From assembly GCA_937893125.1 (NCBI GenBank), contig CALBHW010000037.1, positions 1,533-65,532 on the forward strand: a stretch of 64,000 nucleotides of DNA, given 5' to 3'. The DNA comes from an uncultured Clostridia bacterium. Lineage in GTDB: Bacteria; Bacillota; Clostridia; Christensenellales; UBA1242. The position numbers and the translations under genes are program-made. A model generated the notes under the pieces. It did not search any database. It saw only the letters and a program-made list of their open reading frames with translations, and was not told the DNA's origin. The stretch's first letter is position 1. The number at the start of each line of letters is the position of its first letter. Shown here piece after piece: positions 46,401 to 47,310 of this stretch.

Positions 46401-47310
46401 CAACGGACTTCCTAACAATTTCTTCGTTTATTATCGTAGACATCACGCTTTCCAAAAGGTTGAGAAATTTACAGACCTAACTGGGCTTATTGAAATTCCT
46501 TATCCAACAGTTGTAAAAAACACGGTCATTAGATTAAATGGTAGCAGTGATAGGTTTGAGTGCCGTGGGGAAGATGGTTGGCTTATTGATCCATTCCACG
46601 ATAGGGACGTTTATCTTGGCTCTTCGCTCGTGTGGGTGCCAAAAGACTCGACTTCGGACTTTTTAATTTTCTATTTGCAACTTATTAGTGGTGCAAATGA
46701 CATTACATCAAGCATTCAAGACGATATTGAAGAGCAACTTGGAATAGACAAGGTTAAAAACTTTGCAAATGATGTCGGTGGAATTGTTATGATTCTTAAT
46801 AAAATCTTAGAGAATGTTGAAGAAGGAAGCGCAATTGATAAGGCGTTAACATGGATTGGTTCTAGTACACAAGATTTGCAAAAAATGCTTGACGGCATAA
46901 CGGATAAGATTAAGGGACTTGAAGGTTATGGTGATGTGGAAAAAGCTGCAAAAACTTTAGCTATTATTAGCGAAGTTAAGTCCGTTGTTGATATGCTCTT
47001 ATATATCGCGACAGGAGACCTTCATTTGTTCTTAGCGTTCAAGTATGATATGAATTTTGTTGTTGCTCAAATCCCTGTTATCGTTGCGAATCCAGCGAAT
47101 TTGGAACAATGGAAAGATTATAGAGATGCATTCCAAAACAAGTCTTCGCGTGAAATCTTCAAGATTCTTGTAAAATCAATAAAGAACGGCGGTAAGTTGA
47201 TTATCAGACTTATTCCAGGTCTTGGAAAGGCAATTGCGGATACAGGACTTGGCTACGATTGGATTATGAATATGATTGAAGAGTGCTTTACTTGGGAAGG
47301 TTTAGACTAA
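12868..47310 (+). CDS. Giant (11,480 aa) membrane-anchored surface fibre protein: N/Q-rich cytoplasmic head, signal-anchor TM, Flg_new-type repeats, seven Pmp-type parallel beta-helix modules, BspA-type LRR module, unassigned C-terminal domain
   Basis: Uninterrupted ORF of 34,443 nt. AGGAGG lies 7 nt upstream of the ATG and an intrinsic terminator starts 45 nt after the stop. The longest shadow ORF on any other frame inside it is 150 aa. Domain calls come from motifs read in the translation (see sub-features). Confidence 0.9.
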   Translation: MDFNDENRRVNNAGLNANNKPAQSGSGFSAVKNQATSPIGRENVRATNFSQPNSVGINNGSQIGHAQNMNASRMGQPQNVPNPQSARPNNQPLSPKSIRPNGAQQLNDSGRPNSSGQNGGGFAGQGGNYTNQNARPNMQNFQNVNRQGSQNFGVQNQESRKDFDNNKKDSDGVEKKPRSKRKIALVSILLSLLAVAGIIIGIVVAPKGECTINFVGWAVEVSSETCKKGERFVAPTPEDIRDENGKVLLKFDGWTYDDGSMYTPSVLSNDLTLHAKFTASDVKTTFVSRNLFDENDEYVYLYETTTKYFVEKINLADVASGVRLLDTGNANMYRYSFASGAKTEISTLQTDTYRNFISNYYNIADFKLFGSDTTYTSFDTIDTPKGNKAFVISFGAKNVKINYDANLSCLKDFYSGEDLNRLLSSISKGASESIVEYNTDGYIMKPYKEQMVDYFRPSKHEFLGWSLVPYDTTTTISSSSYIPYGVTEKIDKNFLRNKSEITLYAVWTEYRTPLRIYTDAKLLADTKIAVGASMRIDDWSSQVDKLKNYKAGYALIGFNTQPDFTGEIVNFDTVIEGGIDSKYYNNDEEAIVLYAVYAMVVEDTYFNLNTDLLDPCVVPNVDELISKFDIVLNHDNFVFKTSESDVGYVYDNEISATFDSENNRVVLKNLIEGATIKLPNFERRNRDYVDLSNYNLKGYILTTDLTSKIKSVDSTFIVTQDDTYKDENKNKLAFDLVWTGIDSVFSIEFYNYHSISQDKDFKLVMEFVLPYGVSLDANWADEFLNNATFFDFRLRNLDNNEILTERTFEREGFKFEGFSNGEGGVLLEETLRNFTLNTDFFYTGERHHRLVAKWTKETYDVTFSLGGGEYLSRDDGESSASDYVLTVAYDDEINLLNDELSFTGYYFDGYLDEQGNKYAENVEKVRISDAVTFTAQWVKAYVITLFLDFSREESREILVEKNGDFVLTGKEFSDLNDAYIFERYSVSLVDNTKDTVGFNVSDKKQSFIGVERDIEMYAMWFKVSYSNGDDGSLGVTDSKTEEYYVTNKASFRLLNNPYSLPDEKDYYQFDGWSVDGSIDTYSENYYYLISQSSPKNISVTAKWRLRNVKVVMYYDAQESSNYVDGLAINNQFIVSSDNGRLVNGNGREIDYIFDSQNAKFIEKNATSFVISVPTIVNDRGEKDSRIVKIDGEYVYKIFTMWKYVITYISSDVGVVQVIANEFLGASLKSGATLDSNNMTSLNNIDDSYVLTLPNREKVEGEKSNGGFGFKISRKFFEKWSSDSVQIVENSGVQTAKIVKDTTFTASWRGLDYTLHLVDSLGGLTSRDISVKYGEEILLSDHFTADEKTRLFGGSNGCYKVLTKMSYEYSGASKTFSIDEPIVFGTQDVGGFILESDLTDNEAEFRVVWEEKQYTMTVLLSGGEWDSGVSSTDEFIDLNGTLKKDSDNNYYFEYPVFYSSLSADGVQVGFKGLKKNGYRLNGFTGSDFLSEITNDSCVIKYSGTAESFDAGERKITADWQKVLHINFNLNGGSVSYNGTTTDTISTYDVDLDDQNNTTIDLSQIMLDATTTLNGGIFKGKDGFEFVGFSFDKEGFNATYQRNEDSYLLAGAFSLATSFEENATYYILVDGKYQKATDVTSENFASGQYYVYNGAFYSTLVPISFTTEMYEKYANLASSSVTLYAVWKTSVSFNNGKQEVGETVSYFTPIEENEVASSSEAFNVEFFYNQQISVEDLARFGFKAKNSEVYNMSGWVCDGKALTSVTIDKKLTLTARWNVNKITVYFKNYDGSDFDGVEKSFECFSGDTITGLGEKFNFEPTLFGYTFIGFSNEPTDNLIGEGDAKDYYALDAEYVVPSNSTILYAVFQKCRVIVKYEPNYADVVSTGITSDDGYALDEENYYYYQFGDSYLLNDSATFSRRFFTFAGFNLFKDSLIPLASKNVALTRENGVTLNDAGEYVLTLYPVWNRQTKEITLILDGGTFDNSEAFYDETNVDLYRSVVVGTTKVVLTVYIGENVTVKLPTSDVLTKVGYEFDCFLNTSGGKMGAYVTCENADAVTFTATYKKIISINIHFTEDDVQQIATVYYDDMISFDIVDSSGIRFTNMGVIPNVENTLSHEIKNYHIKSLSSSIIAGTKYTMGMFYNAREEFFEISSASTIDLYVSYEGDLSTVKFDPYNDENEMYIKSSDFNFGQSVTLSDVFGQPLDRNDYVGYNFVGYKLLNVAGEPYEDGKYEFADNFATFNPEILGLDYQKVYVFVAMFEERMFDVEFDFDGGAYVSGGVKNSSATFKVQYSSQANLLDILRAGNEDLTILHSEDSADGRIHPLYHFTEFTSEDIEINGNVFTMPAKNIKVKPVFESNEIILSIDATGTLIGQSIGQGYYEALKENKYDLSLGGVNNNSTLFVKGLKIGDRIDFSDLPLPVNIGFAGTYAYLPDFNGASGEVFDNSEKDYTKVGSTDVFDLLSSKINPNTLTNLDSLYSETLGGFVLYFSTVWETNEYTINYVPFIPIVSNGYPVGATEKVVTGETTSQSVKYGEDITLLAPYSLTGWTQIGWSTTRSLNDEKCVIYYFGENGELPHGVYNFTTEQSGVFYLYPVWRQNTYTIELVDTESNNNLMRDGVKSSSLSIKFKYDEIRTLDDLLTGITINEFTYNEEKTIYLVPSKFVYMASSTGIETEFKREDVLVFSQAPYGFIDGKDFTENTIHISVVFEEVYYTIRFHLLEGGIYQNNNTELAQNYNEENETYTLEGLVRYSALNSANIEDLFTMEQLYLLNENDIVKILDMTYTLAGWSRSAGADRMDVLKGTPLSYILDNPKETLKKTENGFDYVFNFYAMYNDILLTLNGNGGTTLTSAPSTIETDDSTWIKEAKSVYTYAYFGKNIDIDEDLFKYFALNNYHYDKNNRIEADISCPTSEKFVVNREMTQIDISWIGNLRLVSMVSTIGGNISVASDFKYELFKVDGLDIGLTEIAYSDLPADLTDVYAYIYTAQTLSSLETGTLVLASTLGELSSKYTYYKKAPIGITFKARFGDEITDLNKVEIVGNSVTFTGWGDEYGIYSGDDCKLNVEQADGDIICLFSQSENVYVTFNLNGGIYYDTTKSEWVEKIAPYKLLTVSGSSLFYIDLPLDILNGAGLGPTKTGYQFIGWSTYENYDLYLAGDRSLLYSRTGFEDIVATTQFTTTEFKNTTLYAMFMPISIRFDFSFRLSSTDTTSKGEEFSITGKYGESIVFPSLNDGSSYSEIMKNWSHGQDVFVDYNLPTENAGTKIYKQGYKFILLKDEDLSFYNFTTVEEINDKGQKVQVYVIKVYSNWATPTVTVKIYLGGGKASEYAYFGDTTTVSNDLRKDGLGVYLTAKAVFEKYYTLPNLDDFYKRNYYASAYYAKSSYTDLIEDNQIYISSKDEVSVFVKMDDADSYIKGFYTSCGFNKYFGKLETALQSGASLERNNVEVVLLDLRSEFVITKQYNIGDNKNFVISLDDGVKGDKTIRRSYVADSVDKTLITAGENSSLTLSAHKSYSLIFDGGERIAKITCGNLTINSKVVVKNLEITGDDQVVNGGAFWVENGTVTISGAEFTDNKFVGVSASTTYYGTVLYATNADVTISSSAFNNNSLSGAGLLYGGAIAVVTKSLNIVDTSFNKNSAQSESTLIGDSPFIDGNPYGAVGGAVYAYDVQFNFDFESGKGFTSNIADVGGALAIDGSVEREISFETPVFSKNYAVYGGGVYLRNIILKLTNAKLSSNGFIDKVVARKGGLFYLDEGATLSLLVDMSSILDDGSIGVTTGDGFFAQNLATFGGAIYSAGKKVEIEYNKFQLNSFSADFAKDFLESGTSEGAGGAIYAESGEVILRKVTFQYNYSVYGGAVYIGGDAKLTMDTADLLREYIESLDPSKVTDTIIEQYSNSLSDNFAKYGSQIYYASTNEESTITYTIIQKGMQEFNTPNERGGNLYVAGGKLTLLEKTYIFGGYSKMGGGAYVGKDIMLNDDSTKPAELVVNGANFVWMNEQVDGMNVGLLNSAREKIKELETQIEEAKSRGEDTTQLEEQLAEFKKKEEEILKQLEIKIIDPDGNYAYMGGMFYIDENATVTLLSGYGAGTEIEYAEDTPSGQGELAYNKGTLIYDDFLFGQHMIDGIISQIYNEGLVEFRTSGSSDFLTSPIIYIDKTEDAYKYILITNDKYVPARTIELMFDDSSYLIGVPVVKFIDKDVYDAFKLNYEASKMPFYILSEPLLDLKFDDEQMALVLRYRHYNLYFNDLSVDRADIRTPNSLIFTCDDPISGDFFSTISSQKLSRTGYNFKGFAYYVVTEDSGLPSTYDNNIACKFDGKLADNDGIEVLDFLDKNIAGKTFYRIEDVTELESGFKKFPPHDIYLYAIWEPKTYNMTYHYDTNYGGMEGVSSYTIKGVNLTDFNLGKLNSVGKYGDNYKFITLEELTAFDYVAYFTISTISSSISGEPLQIMDGGITYDVTFDADLYKYVYIKGETKFIVESESRSYCILDLSTYSGEDKAELEKGEKRSVFIDGVTYNFRYRYIPDGYEFDHIEINGNSCFNLGDLFKLDNSNRFAICTSEPYTIDIVLYMKRSNVEIAFTNLGEKSSDIVLSRYVGATITLPTGTVSIMDDIERVIYKAGYVLKGFNDSNGNFWALGTTYSIPSTALIGETFTAVWEKASFYVKNVVKTERETLNKYYQSIFDAVADINSDNFDIKTSGGYDLVLMELADEVLKEDSLMKSSNGKGTDYIIYLDKTLSLKNGTNILGEARANCNFILTYSLGFDNEKALINISSEVTIGQSGNNVIIKDVRNSVTLSNSAIEVESTGKLTLGVNAEISNITATTSSTKRFGGAITNKGELILNGAYIHHNMAIYGGAIYNYKGAKVTINNPTKSSNSGRILENVATENGGAIYIEEESEVVINGDENVISFNSNSAKSGGAIYSLGILKIMSQVIFTNNGATENGGALYINGMITIGDNAEFTSNYATRGGAIYVTTTLILGSVKFSDNKISSTGQGGAIYSESSLTINGSAQFVQNNKNGAGSGGAIYAKGSLSIKSGMYSENEAGSGGVLCVLNAQATIIGGTFTKNISKLGGVIFAENSTVSILGGDIKENEAVVSVGSDTGVQSTGGGAVYLVDSTLDLAVKLQNNTASSGGAIFARGASVVTLNSGAQIVGNTAHSFGGGIYLIEEATIEITDDTVEISSNTADSFGGGIYVASTSVVTLDKGVILNNYITNTRKNKEGLLVYEGTDLYLNSGAHVVISGAKVGADNLNDTTYEVYVGEKAVLEVISCDILASVYVKQIKTAQETGFNSIILSDSAYIRRIYLNQYNFIAIENKLTSTRFDAGETIDIHFGFYDPDDATSIIDNTYIARFNNMTTLKDNFICFNLVKHFKELEEYCINRENRDGYAWLVIKEFAKIININANGGTITLDGKSASGNASLVVENLQKRGSLKFLDDITGVRLGYELSGRFIEEETNEIYSSYSPLPIYVITIKAEWAPKAYNVVIERESDSGLIKDNLELKYSDFTTLSSCNKDYKKFVGYEVGYFKDDNVVKTGIILNGTTFSFKDFNSDSVVSSDGLTTGSQIFEIIDKSLDKTIYLTSVFEDVKVVLTFLANSALAQAVDIADLPDYDKEKYEVERVNDLTYRVSVSQSNMYVSIYDFLEFFKMPSHAVTGFFTGEDGTYNEGRDVMYNADRTSIPIHSILTLHLQCVWQETVAYIRKPDSSGEGRIVYYDSLEKAVNALIPRDELVILANKIELDKTIYFTTDVKVVIPGEVTLTRVKGFNDYLLDISSIVTFEVQEGGKLVFSGAGLGVSTFGAVMVEKAGTLTVGKNVFFTDNYSINAGAGINSLGKLFVEGATFERNTSQSNGGALSSSGVLEISKDSTFSKNISWKMGGAIYVSDGTSQIVNSTFLENNAYTSGGAIGFDSKLTMNVTTSTFVGNFTDIKDGSSGGAVFVGLDTGLVTLKDSTFTSNSSYMGGAIYVLGVTIGNADYNVLIDGGSLSNNTATFGGAVCIGSTAYYARQSLRLSGGEILENSATYGGGVYVFRGAYTLAKGKVANNTASFGDNIYVNYNGTLNILGGEVGSPENNGTIFVAGLTYSTFGRVYFSGRYDVKSKVLLANGAYVTVEGTIDKNSSVVILEPIKVSKNVVTGTNYPSGKGSLKVVQFENTIDERMFDLTDDVKNIGVDSFRLKLIDNNLYITKAVFTLKVYKESGDFEIDSALGATIDIDFVSVEVPYTTNLLEFLSGITATRENKDFAGWLSIENGAKTPLTAESTMPYSDYEVYANWSADYYFLKVYVNDSYSPSDTYALVNVAGLNLNSESKESYADGVITLKVFVDKDDSTFGTQALQRVINNLSRNNYTILGFGLSQLIENNLVVYTASNFNMPEKDLSLYVLWEGNSYNLTIASEDGTIERKTYTLIFDQYFTLPGEDDFVKDGYTLTGFRGRSTTYGVKENVLNLTDATLYAVFEANEYVINFASNNQSAYGQIESIVATYDKDVALLGNSFTLRGYTQIGWSLDKLALPTDTDKIIAINATIRNLAMGGEVTLYAIWAPNTYNISYHLSGAETSDVVFTETATYDDEFTLTKLKDMGVVYSASYYLVGWSIRPYIYTDRVEATFTDGQKVFNLIESGTIHLYAILDEKAVKVYANNGSSDFVLVKTNAQGKAVVQKSNLSSLKLDGFEVGLLSSSPNISSGETYEFTENGISFDLMDAESVVELYIGWKAMSYTFEFVVAGEKFSEFGSQTKSVKVFGNNTYSTYSDNNQLFIYTSNLDNILIHGWSVDENTSTLDFNLGTNVQVTNSLLAIFGKFQDTTKKTLKIYAVLEDSYELSYDLNTTYNVAFASATDIVAKGSVTTPVTKVGTKEKIRFSDISNNIWEIADLENNVYAYFAGWALENTASEPEYAVGQNYEVTFVGKVTLYAVWKEYTNPFMFTYEEYNDGVSIVGISSAFNGTEIVLPRHEILNNNGTLVKGKDVLKIAPLTFSAHTISAIDFEFATSLETVSSFAFRDVSGLTVLRNLPQKANYDDGAFVSSTLQKVVFEDSINRYDVDKLGNVYKVDEKATLLALLAGNCFDEMAIGGMVTLQNSGAVKVEVLKRYALYLARINALDLSQLSKIESGALENISGLETLTVSFVGESAENKKPLKEWFSGSEIVLKNVYITKEQEISSNAFSGLATLEYVEYLSGITFIGNEAFKDCIKLSFLRGTGSAKIDLSQVTTIGDSAFENCASLTGSVDFTQVSSIGKYAFLGTNIEEVVLTRKTSQFGYNFNSSLSIGEFTAFYGATSLKNAYVYSTNALDAVINNTGIKGGENKIGTIYVDVNFYTVLTHLSDITRRDNYFSYNIVVYDRIELLDADNIVGYYDDLQGAIDSAKNGQKIVIKTDIVIEETIEINKNITIVGGFRKVDPSDESYKYTLSRSSVTLTIDDALTDKVVFAVTANDAEIGTKLDIDGIIDAQIVVYSLFTRSASVISLNNGGLILGENFVASGITANESTYGAILSVREHSTLFINGATLTKNRAGYGGAIYVQDSNVSITSSNISNNTADENGGAIYVKGAGRLVIEKSSNPTIMSHNIAGAKGGAIFISSTIVDANYASTLDNGKIFDNEATLGGAIYIESGLLAIADDSVTISNNTAISGGALYAESGTILLSCGVIGGVEASPLGLENKGNSATEQGGAIYIGKEATLNMEGGEVSLGKSKLGSNIYISSNKTSEISSGTIESGYMDDLTNTRGGGIYLDTGTLVLLDNATISKNKAYFGGGIFVGRGTLQVNFILEGAGITNNFATFGGGLYVDSGIVRLVGARLSQNKAQNGGGIYAKGGEISTSSVSESVIDDNWAILGGGLYILGQANVDLKATTISNNKAKVIDGVELTDESEFNGAGIYFEDGKLSLYNVSVLSNSAQTSGGGLYVGTQKSTKSSTISISGKTIFTQNTANVSGGGLYVDRTLNILQAEFLANGQVEGMLGGAMYVGKNSVLTLDNVRVSTKNSSVNNQTMGIYLEEGGKSNAFIVSSKTVIDKQNTFVYLSHGSIVRINEKGSKDNQIKLYSEDFNNIKTMDDRVRVAEFTKSAYAISGKFYARSTAFLQEKTTIYAVIATVVETKRTGSTGDADQTNYSTLREAILQCEDDALLSVFRTQTVTSAIYIPRNKTATVVVNDNEFESVLIERAESYLGYMFVVYGTLNLNDGRSTTLTINGKNVTGGASAMFVGETGTLNINKNVEIVNNYASADRGTLVENLSKGETIRIEDSNCGGAIYIRGGVVNMASGNLVNNSAKNSGGAVYVASGTFTMTGGNIGEEGNGNTATYGGGISAISGEVVLDGETVIVKCNTSEFGGGLYIGTQGKLRILKATIQNNSATNGGGLYLSSSLSGVSYDAMLAKVTYNTATGYGGGLYIKSGILGSTNLEWLNASIEISNNSATSGGGLYVVNNGSVNLYKATISNNYATLSGAGGYFDSKLTSTFTNSTISDNGKENGLGGEVTEFGGGLYILGGTVNFNKDGDFVSEIKSNYALNGAGIYVTNDGIFVSTGEARISSNIASENGGGIFVNLTTGKVELVGTILSQNKATLSGGGIYVEKGNLIFSSTAGEHTEGNLEENSAGENGGGLYIGGGRVTLNDLIIQKNRVSDGYGGGMYVAGGEYVDMTSCVIVDNKVTKAGVTDGYGIALSGGLLRLLGRNVIHNNATIYKENATTNSREGSILIMGETTDTNGVMLSGYIDSLYDQFYLFSKNSYLLTNLGTGKEGVDEILNKESASGLSVKIKVGQGLTTKKAYGDKAVKFSSADGAKKYLDQKWFEIPIESGMILASIIEDGRSYIVVERQYFQVFAYKEGDKINVLGAYMELQEALNNLAQLKDKTDRGYLIIANYGADTYYIKNIINISSTTVGDVGNMPITITSNQRNLNIARNGEFKDYMFVIESGYEVILGANIENFSDVYDIYSLDFVEDSLRPYLTLKGSSDSESGLIKNSGKLTLSYASKLTNETTTRDGAGVLSEGELILSGGVISENRATNGGAIYVKSGTFTMVDGSVYLNTATNGGAIYVGKNGVATIEKGEIGSSIVSRANTAVNGGGIYVGGGKLEIKGVQLLNNKATNGGAMFIAPEIVESVSYHPEVKISSKKVLGTDSVLIANNSADNYGGAIYVEDNYNTETDDKTLTIDGGIIQYNKAKAGGAIFIATVHGTADEKSYTGALKFSESGTKRKVYGVNVSILSGTIFGNSANRDQGHEEDTLKVKSGDGGQIYAFGGNLVVQGGDITGTGAYLAIDGGAIYLNDSKATIYGGEIKSNKVSNNAGAIYVDKNSSLTLDGDETGVYITSNSAYANGGAIYQEKGEVETKVISGGETVTEKVITSGVIRIIAVTLRANEVETGNGKGVYVNTIGKDFIIGRGKTDDGIEMLSNNLTISDELYLANKSIVYVDGLYNPSYIRTNKTIPLRIGFRSNDYVNSDGSRNIVAEYTNEITGSAIFESVDAGLFSGIGFDGQDCMFCIVDKYKVAVGKANFAVKYGTGAIKYFESFRNALYSVRVDAENPNISTATVYYLVDDIEKYVINEEITLTDGVETTVTSGVLIKNDDGSKTVSKIEKRLEMKVKTIGGSLITIKANDDDDSKAPNITFENITISGAERPTNPKAFNLFALHSGTLTLQDTILSSIYSSAQGGVVKVLGGNLVMSSTKEVGTQITGSKSSDGVLFVSNGTVKIMGANETSQVQFIGNTTSYGALYVESGEVEAEYVTFSGNIADFGGAVYLAKRETKDGEEVAFKVSFKNATFEENSAKQNGGAVYVSSVSSATFENAEFIKNSASGNGGALYLENDVKFSDTNISNGNANYGGGIYMTSDADSLSGVTMLGNRAVYGGGLAVVSVNEGLTVSIYNATLNGNKLKANAENASYGANVYIANSTCNFGANVVIQNGTRMDGNRNDALGGGVYMTASTLVVDGAGTIIEGNKATNGGGIYADTGSVLTIYNASISGNDVESGLGGGIYFNGEKLNVDKGAEIGKSDNGNKARLGAGVYIASGNVVVGNIDASGSGEATIGYNIASENGGGVYFETGNLTIAGYAYIVGNKASKSGGGVYATQSFKMTGGEIGTTESTDNANTASFGGGVYVESGFTFMAGSIAGNKANATRSVGESINGMGGGVYVLSGTFSMGEATDRPSGNPTIDSNTARLGGGIYVNSDGKSVNTSDTPNVNLYKGSLINNTADYKYTEAIGEKEVEFHEGSGGGLYISYRSESDEGNSVCIGYNEGKTENIVISGNIAYDDGGAIYSGASLKIMNTKVGAGDSAVGARSKSSNYAGSRGGGIYVAGGKLQMSDSTIYNSVAPYGGGLYISNLDNPNSEGNKNFIEGVTFDKNTAGKTKDFERKEGTSSIIAGDYHGGAMYLANGPLTFNGVTFTSNQATYGGGMYINRSGTSEFKITNSKFEGNKAVASSKDEEPSGFGGAIHIQNGNVRITSSLFGQDINNKGQKIGNPNTANYGGAISLKQGTLLIGEIVSGTEGSVDTKNVTFRSNTASIDGGALYLDGTSGRQSSKTILNNVLFDGNTATSGKGGAIASYSYFEVNSTTFASNRASNGGAVYVGAQGTYDEAGKSYTDLRKGEGHFKTGIMTGNSATNGGAIYVDDLYKDEAGLILKHKKSPDYIQELASRTSNSGNDGFVTYVVISEGFGSTQEKDPRIAIYGNRADKNGGAIYANNGVVNNSTNIVNNSAKQNGGGLAIMSAYFIQEKGAISNNTASNGGGVYMDKVEEKDSSNATKTYYGVLSLNTSSCEVSNNNAEKIEKDTENKTGYGGGIFGAGKLAGSGFIQNNTATNGGGLATNGNFDASEFIGTIGINSYENEYSSWLAIETASNKSTTYTYEYSNGEKVTLPLFSNNATNGGAIYVSVGDVTFGGSILGNYATNGGGVYIASGTFAFGLESRAMYIARNYATNGGGVYMAGGKFTLNKGSVIGSTKVNSSNSDEMMNAPAPNIARDSGGGIYAIGGEIQLKGYVSYNRALNEEGNAGGVYCKDTNLTLDGSEAQISHNESAGKVGGLYFSAGSGLRTLTLNNRAVISKNTAKKEHKDLLEYISIKANDEGEKKSPYVNEVYMDGNSELKVLNHSVLGANQNNFTDGTAYYSLSLYWYYTGTKETINFDSCIDSYGSVKGDIYLRTDGDKVIEFDTKMFEVDYNPGQEDKETGNERSSGFVKGNYVNGLPNNFFVYYRRHHAFQKVEKFTDLTGLIEIPYPTVVKNTVIRLNGSSDRFECRGEDGWLIDPFHDRDVYLGSSLVWVPKDSTSDFLIFYLQLISGANDITSSIQDDIEEQLGIDKVKNFANDVGGIVMILNKILENVEEGSAIDKALTWIGSSTQDLQKMLDGITDKIKGLEGYGDVEKAAKTLAIISEVKSVVDMLLYIATGDLHLFLAFKYDMNFVVAQIPVIVANPANLEQWKDYRDAFQNKSSREIFKILVKSIKNGGKLIIRLIPGLGKAIADTGLGYDWIMNMIEECFTWEGLD
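13414..13485 (+). other. Giant protein aa 183-206: single TM helix (signal anchor, N-in/C-out)
   Basis: IALVSILLSLLAVAGIIIGIVVAP is 24 uncharged residues, preceded by KKPRSKRK (positive-inside rule). It is the only clear TM segment in the protein. Confidence 0.75.
13486..23145 (+). repeat. Giant protein aa 207-3426: array of about 28 diverged Listeria-Bacteroides (Flg_new / InlB B-repeat-like) domains
   Basis: Recurrent units of about 70-120 aa end in hydrophobic-Y-A-x-W/F and contain G[YF]xFxGW. Examples: HEFLGWS...LYAVWTEY, FTGYYFDGY...FTAQWVKAY, YQFDGWS...VTAKWRL, TGWTQIGWS...LYPVWRQNTY, KTGYQFIGWS...LYAMFMP. Further units lie between beta-helix modules 1-3 and before the LRR module; I counted about 42 in total by hand. 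Confidence 0.65.
23146..25590 (+). repeat. Giant protein beta-helix module 1 (aa 3427-4241), Pmp/GGAIY-type repeats, with coiled-coil insertion
   Basis: Cap KYFGKLETALQSG..VEVVLLDL is followed by rungs such as NGGAFWV, YGGAIAV, VGGAVYA, FGGAIYS, AGGAIYA and YGGAVYI, with F/Y-x-x-N motifs (FTDNKF, FNNNSL, FNKNSA, FSKNYA). Confidence 0.7.
26902..29070 (+). repeat. Giant protein beta-helix module 2 (aa 4679-5401)
   Basis: Cap KYYQSIFDAVADIN; rungs YGGAIYN, NGGAIYI, SGGAIYS, NGGALYI, RGGAIYV, QGGAIYS, SGGAIYA, FGGGIYL, FGGGIYV. Confidence 0.7.
30019..31445 (+). repeat. Giant protein beta-helix module 3 (aa 5718-6193)
   Basis: Cap YYDSLEKAVNALIPRDELVILANKIELDKTIYF; rungs NGGALSS, MGGAIYV, SGGAIGF, SGGAVFV, FGGAVCI, YGGGVYV. 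Confidence 0.7.
33631..34893 (+). repeat. Giant protein aa 6922-7342: BspA-type leucine-rich repeat (LRR_5-like) module
   Basis: Contains I.x.AF..c..L-type units: VSSFAFRDVSGLTVL, IESGALENISGLETL, ISSNAFSGLATLEYV, IGNEAFKDCIKLSFL, IGDSAFENCASLTGSV, IGKYAFLGTNIEEVVL. Confidence 0.6.
34930..37188 (+). repeat. Giant protein beta-helix module 4 (aa 7355-8107)
   Basis: Cap YYDDLQGAIDSAKNGQKIVIKTDIVIEETIEINKNITIVGG; rungs YGGAIYV, NGGAIYV, KGGAIFI, LGGAIYI, SGGALYA, FGGGIFV, FGGGLYV, NGGGIYA, SGGGLYV. Confidence 0.7.
37189..39360 (+). repeat. Giant protein beta-helix module 5 (aa 8108-8831)
   Basis: Cap NYSTLREAILQCEDDALLSVF; rungs CGGAIYI, SGGAVYV, FGGGLYI, NGGGLYL, YGGGLYI, SGGGLYV, NGGGIFV, SGGGIYV, YGGGMYV. 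Confidence 0.7.
39361..41373 (+). repeat. Giant protein beta-helix module 6 (aa 8832-9502)
   Basis: Cap AYMELQEALNNLAQLKDKTDRGYLIIAN; rungs NGGAIYV (x2), NGGGIYV, NGGAMFI, YGGAIYV, AGGAIFI, DGGAIYL, NAGAIYV, NGGAIYQ. Confidence 0.7.
41374..46440 (+). repeat. Giant protein beta-helix module 7 (aa 9503-11191), the longest continuous run of Pmp-type rungs
   Basis: Cap KYFESFRNALYSVRVD is followed by about 39 G-G-[AG]-[IVLM]-[YF]-type rungs by my count, e.g. FGGAVYL, NGGAVYV, NGGALYL, YGGGIYM, NGGGIYA, SGGGVYA, MGGGVYV, RGGGIYV, NGGAIYV. Confidence 0.7.
46441..47307 (+). other. Giant protein aa 11192-11480: unassigned C-terminal domain ending in a predicted alpha-helical tail of about 209 aa
   Basis: The GGAIY periodicity stops. 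The sequence changes to HHAFQKVEKFTDLTGLIEIPYP...ECRGEDGWLIDPFHDRD, and from 46681 to amphipathic helix-like text (SSIQDDIEEQLGIDKVKNFANDVGGIVMILNKILENVEEGSAIDKALTWIG...). There is no LPXTG, no clear TM helix and no repeat. Confidence 0.5.
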
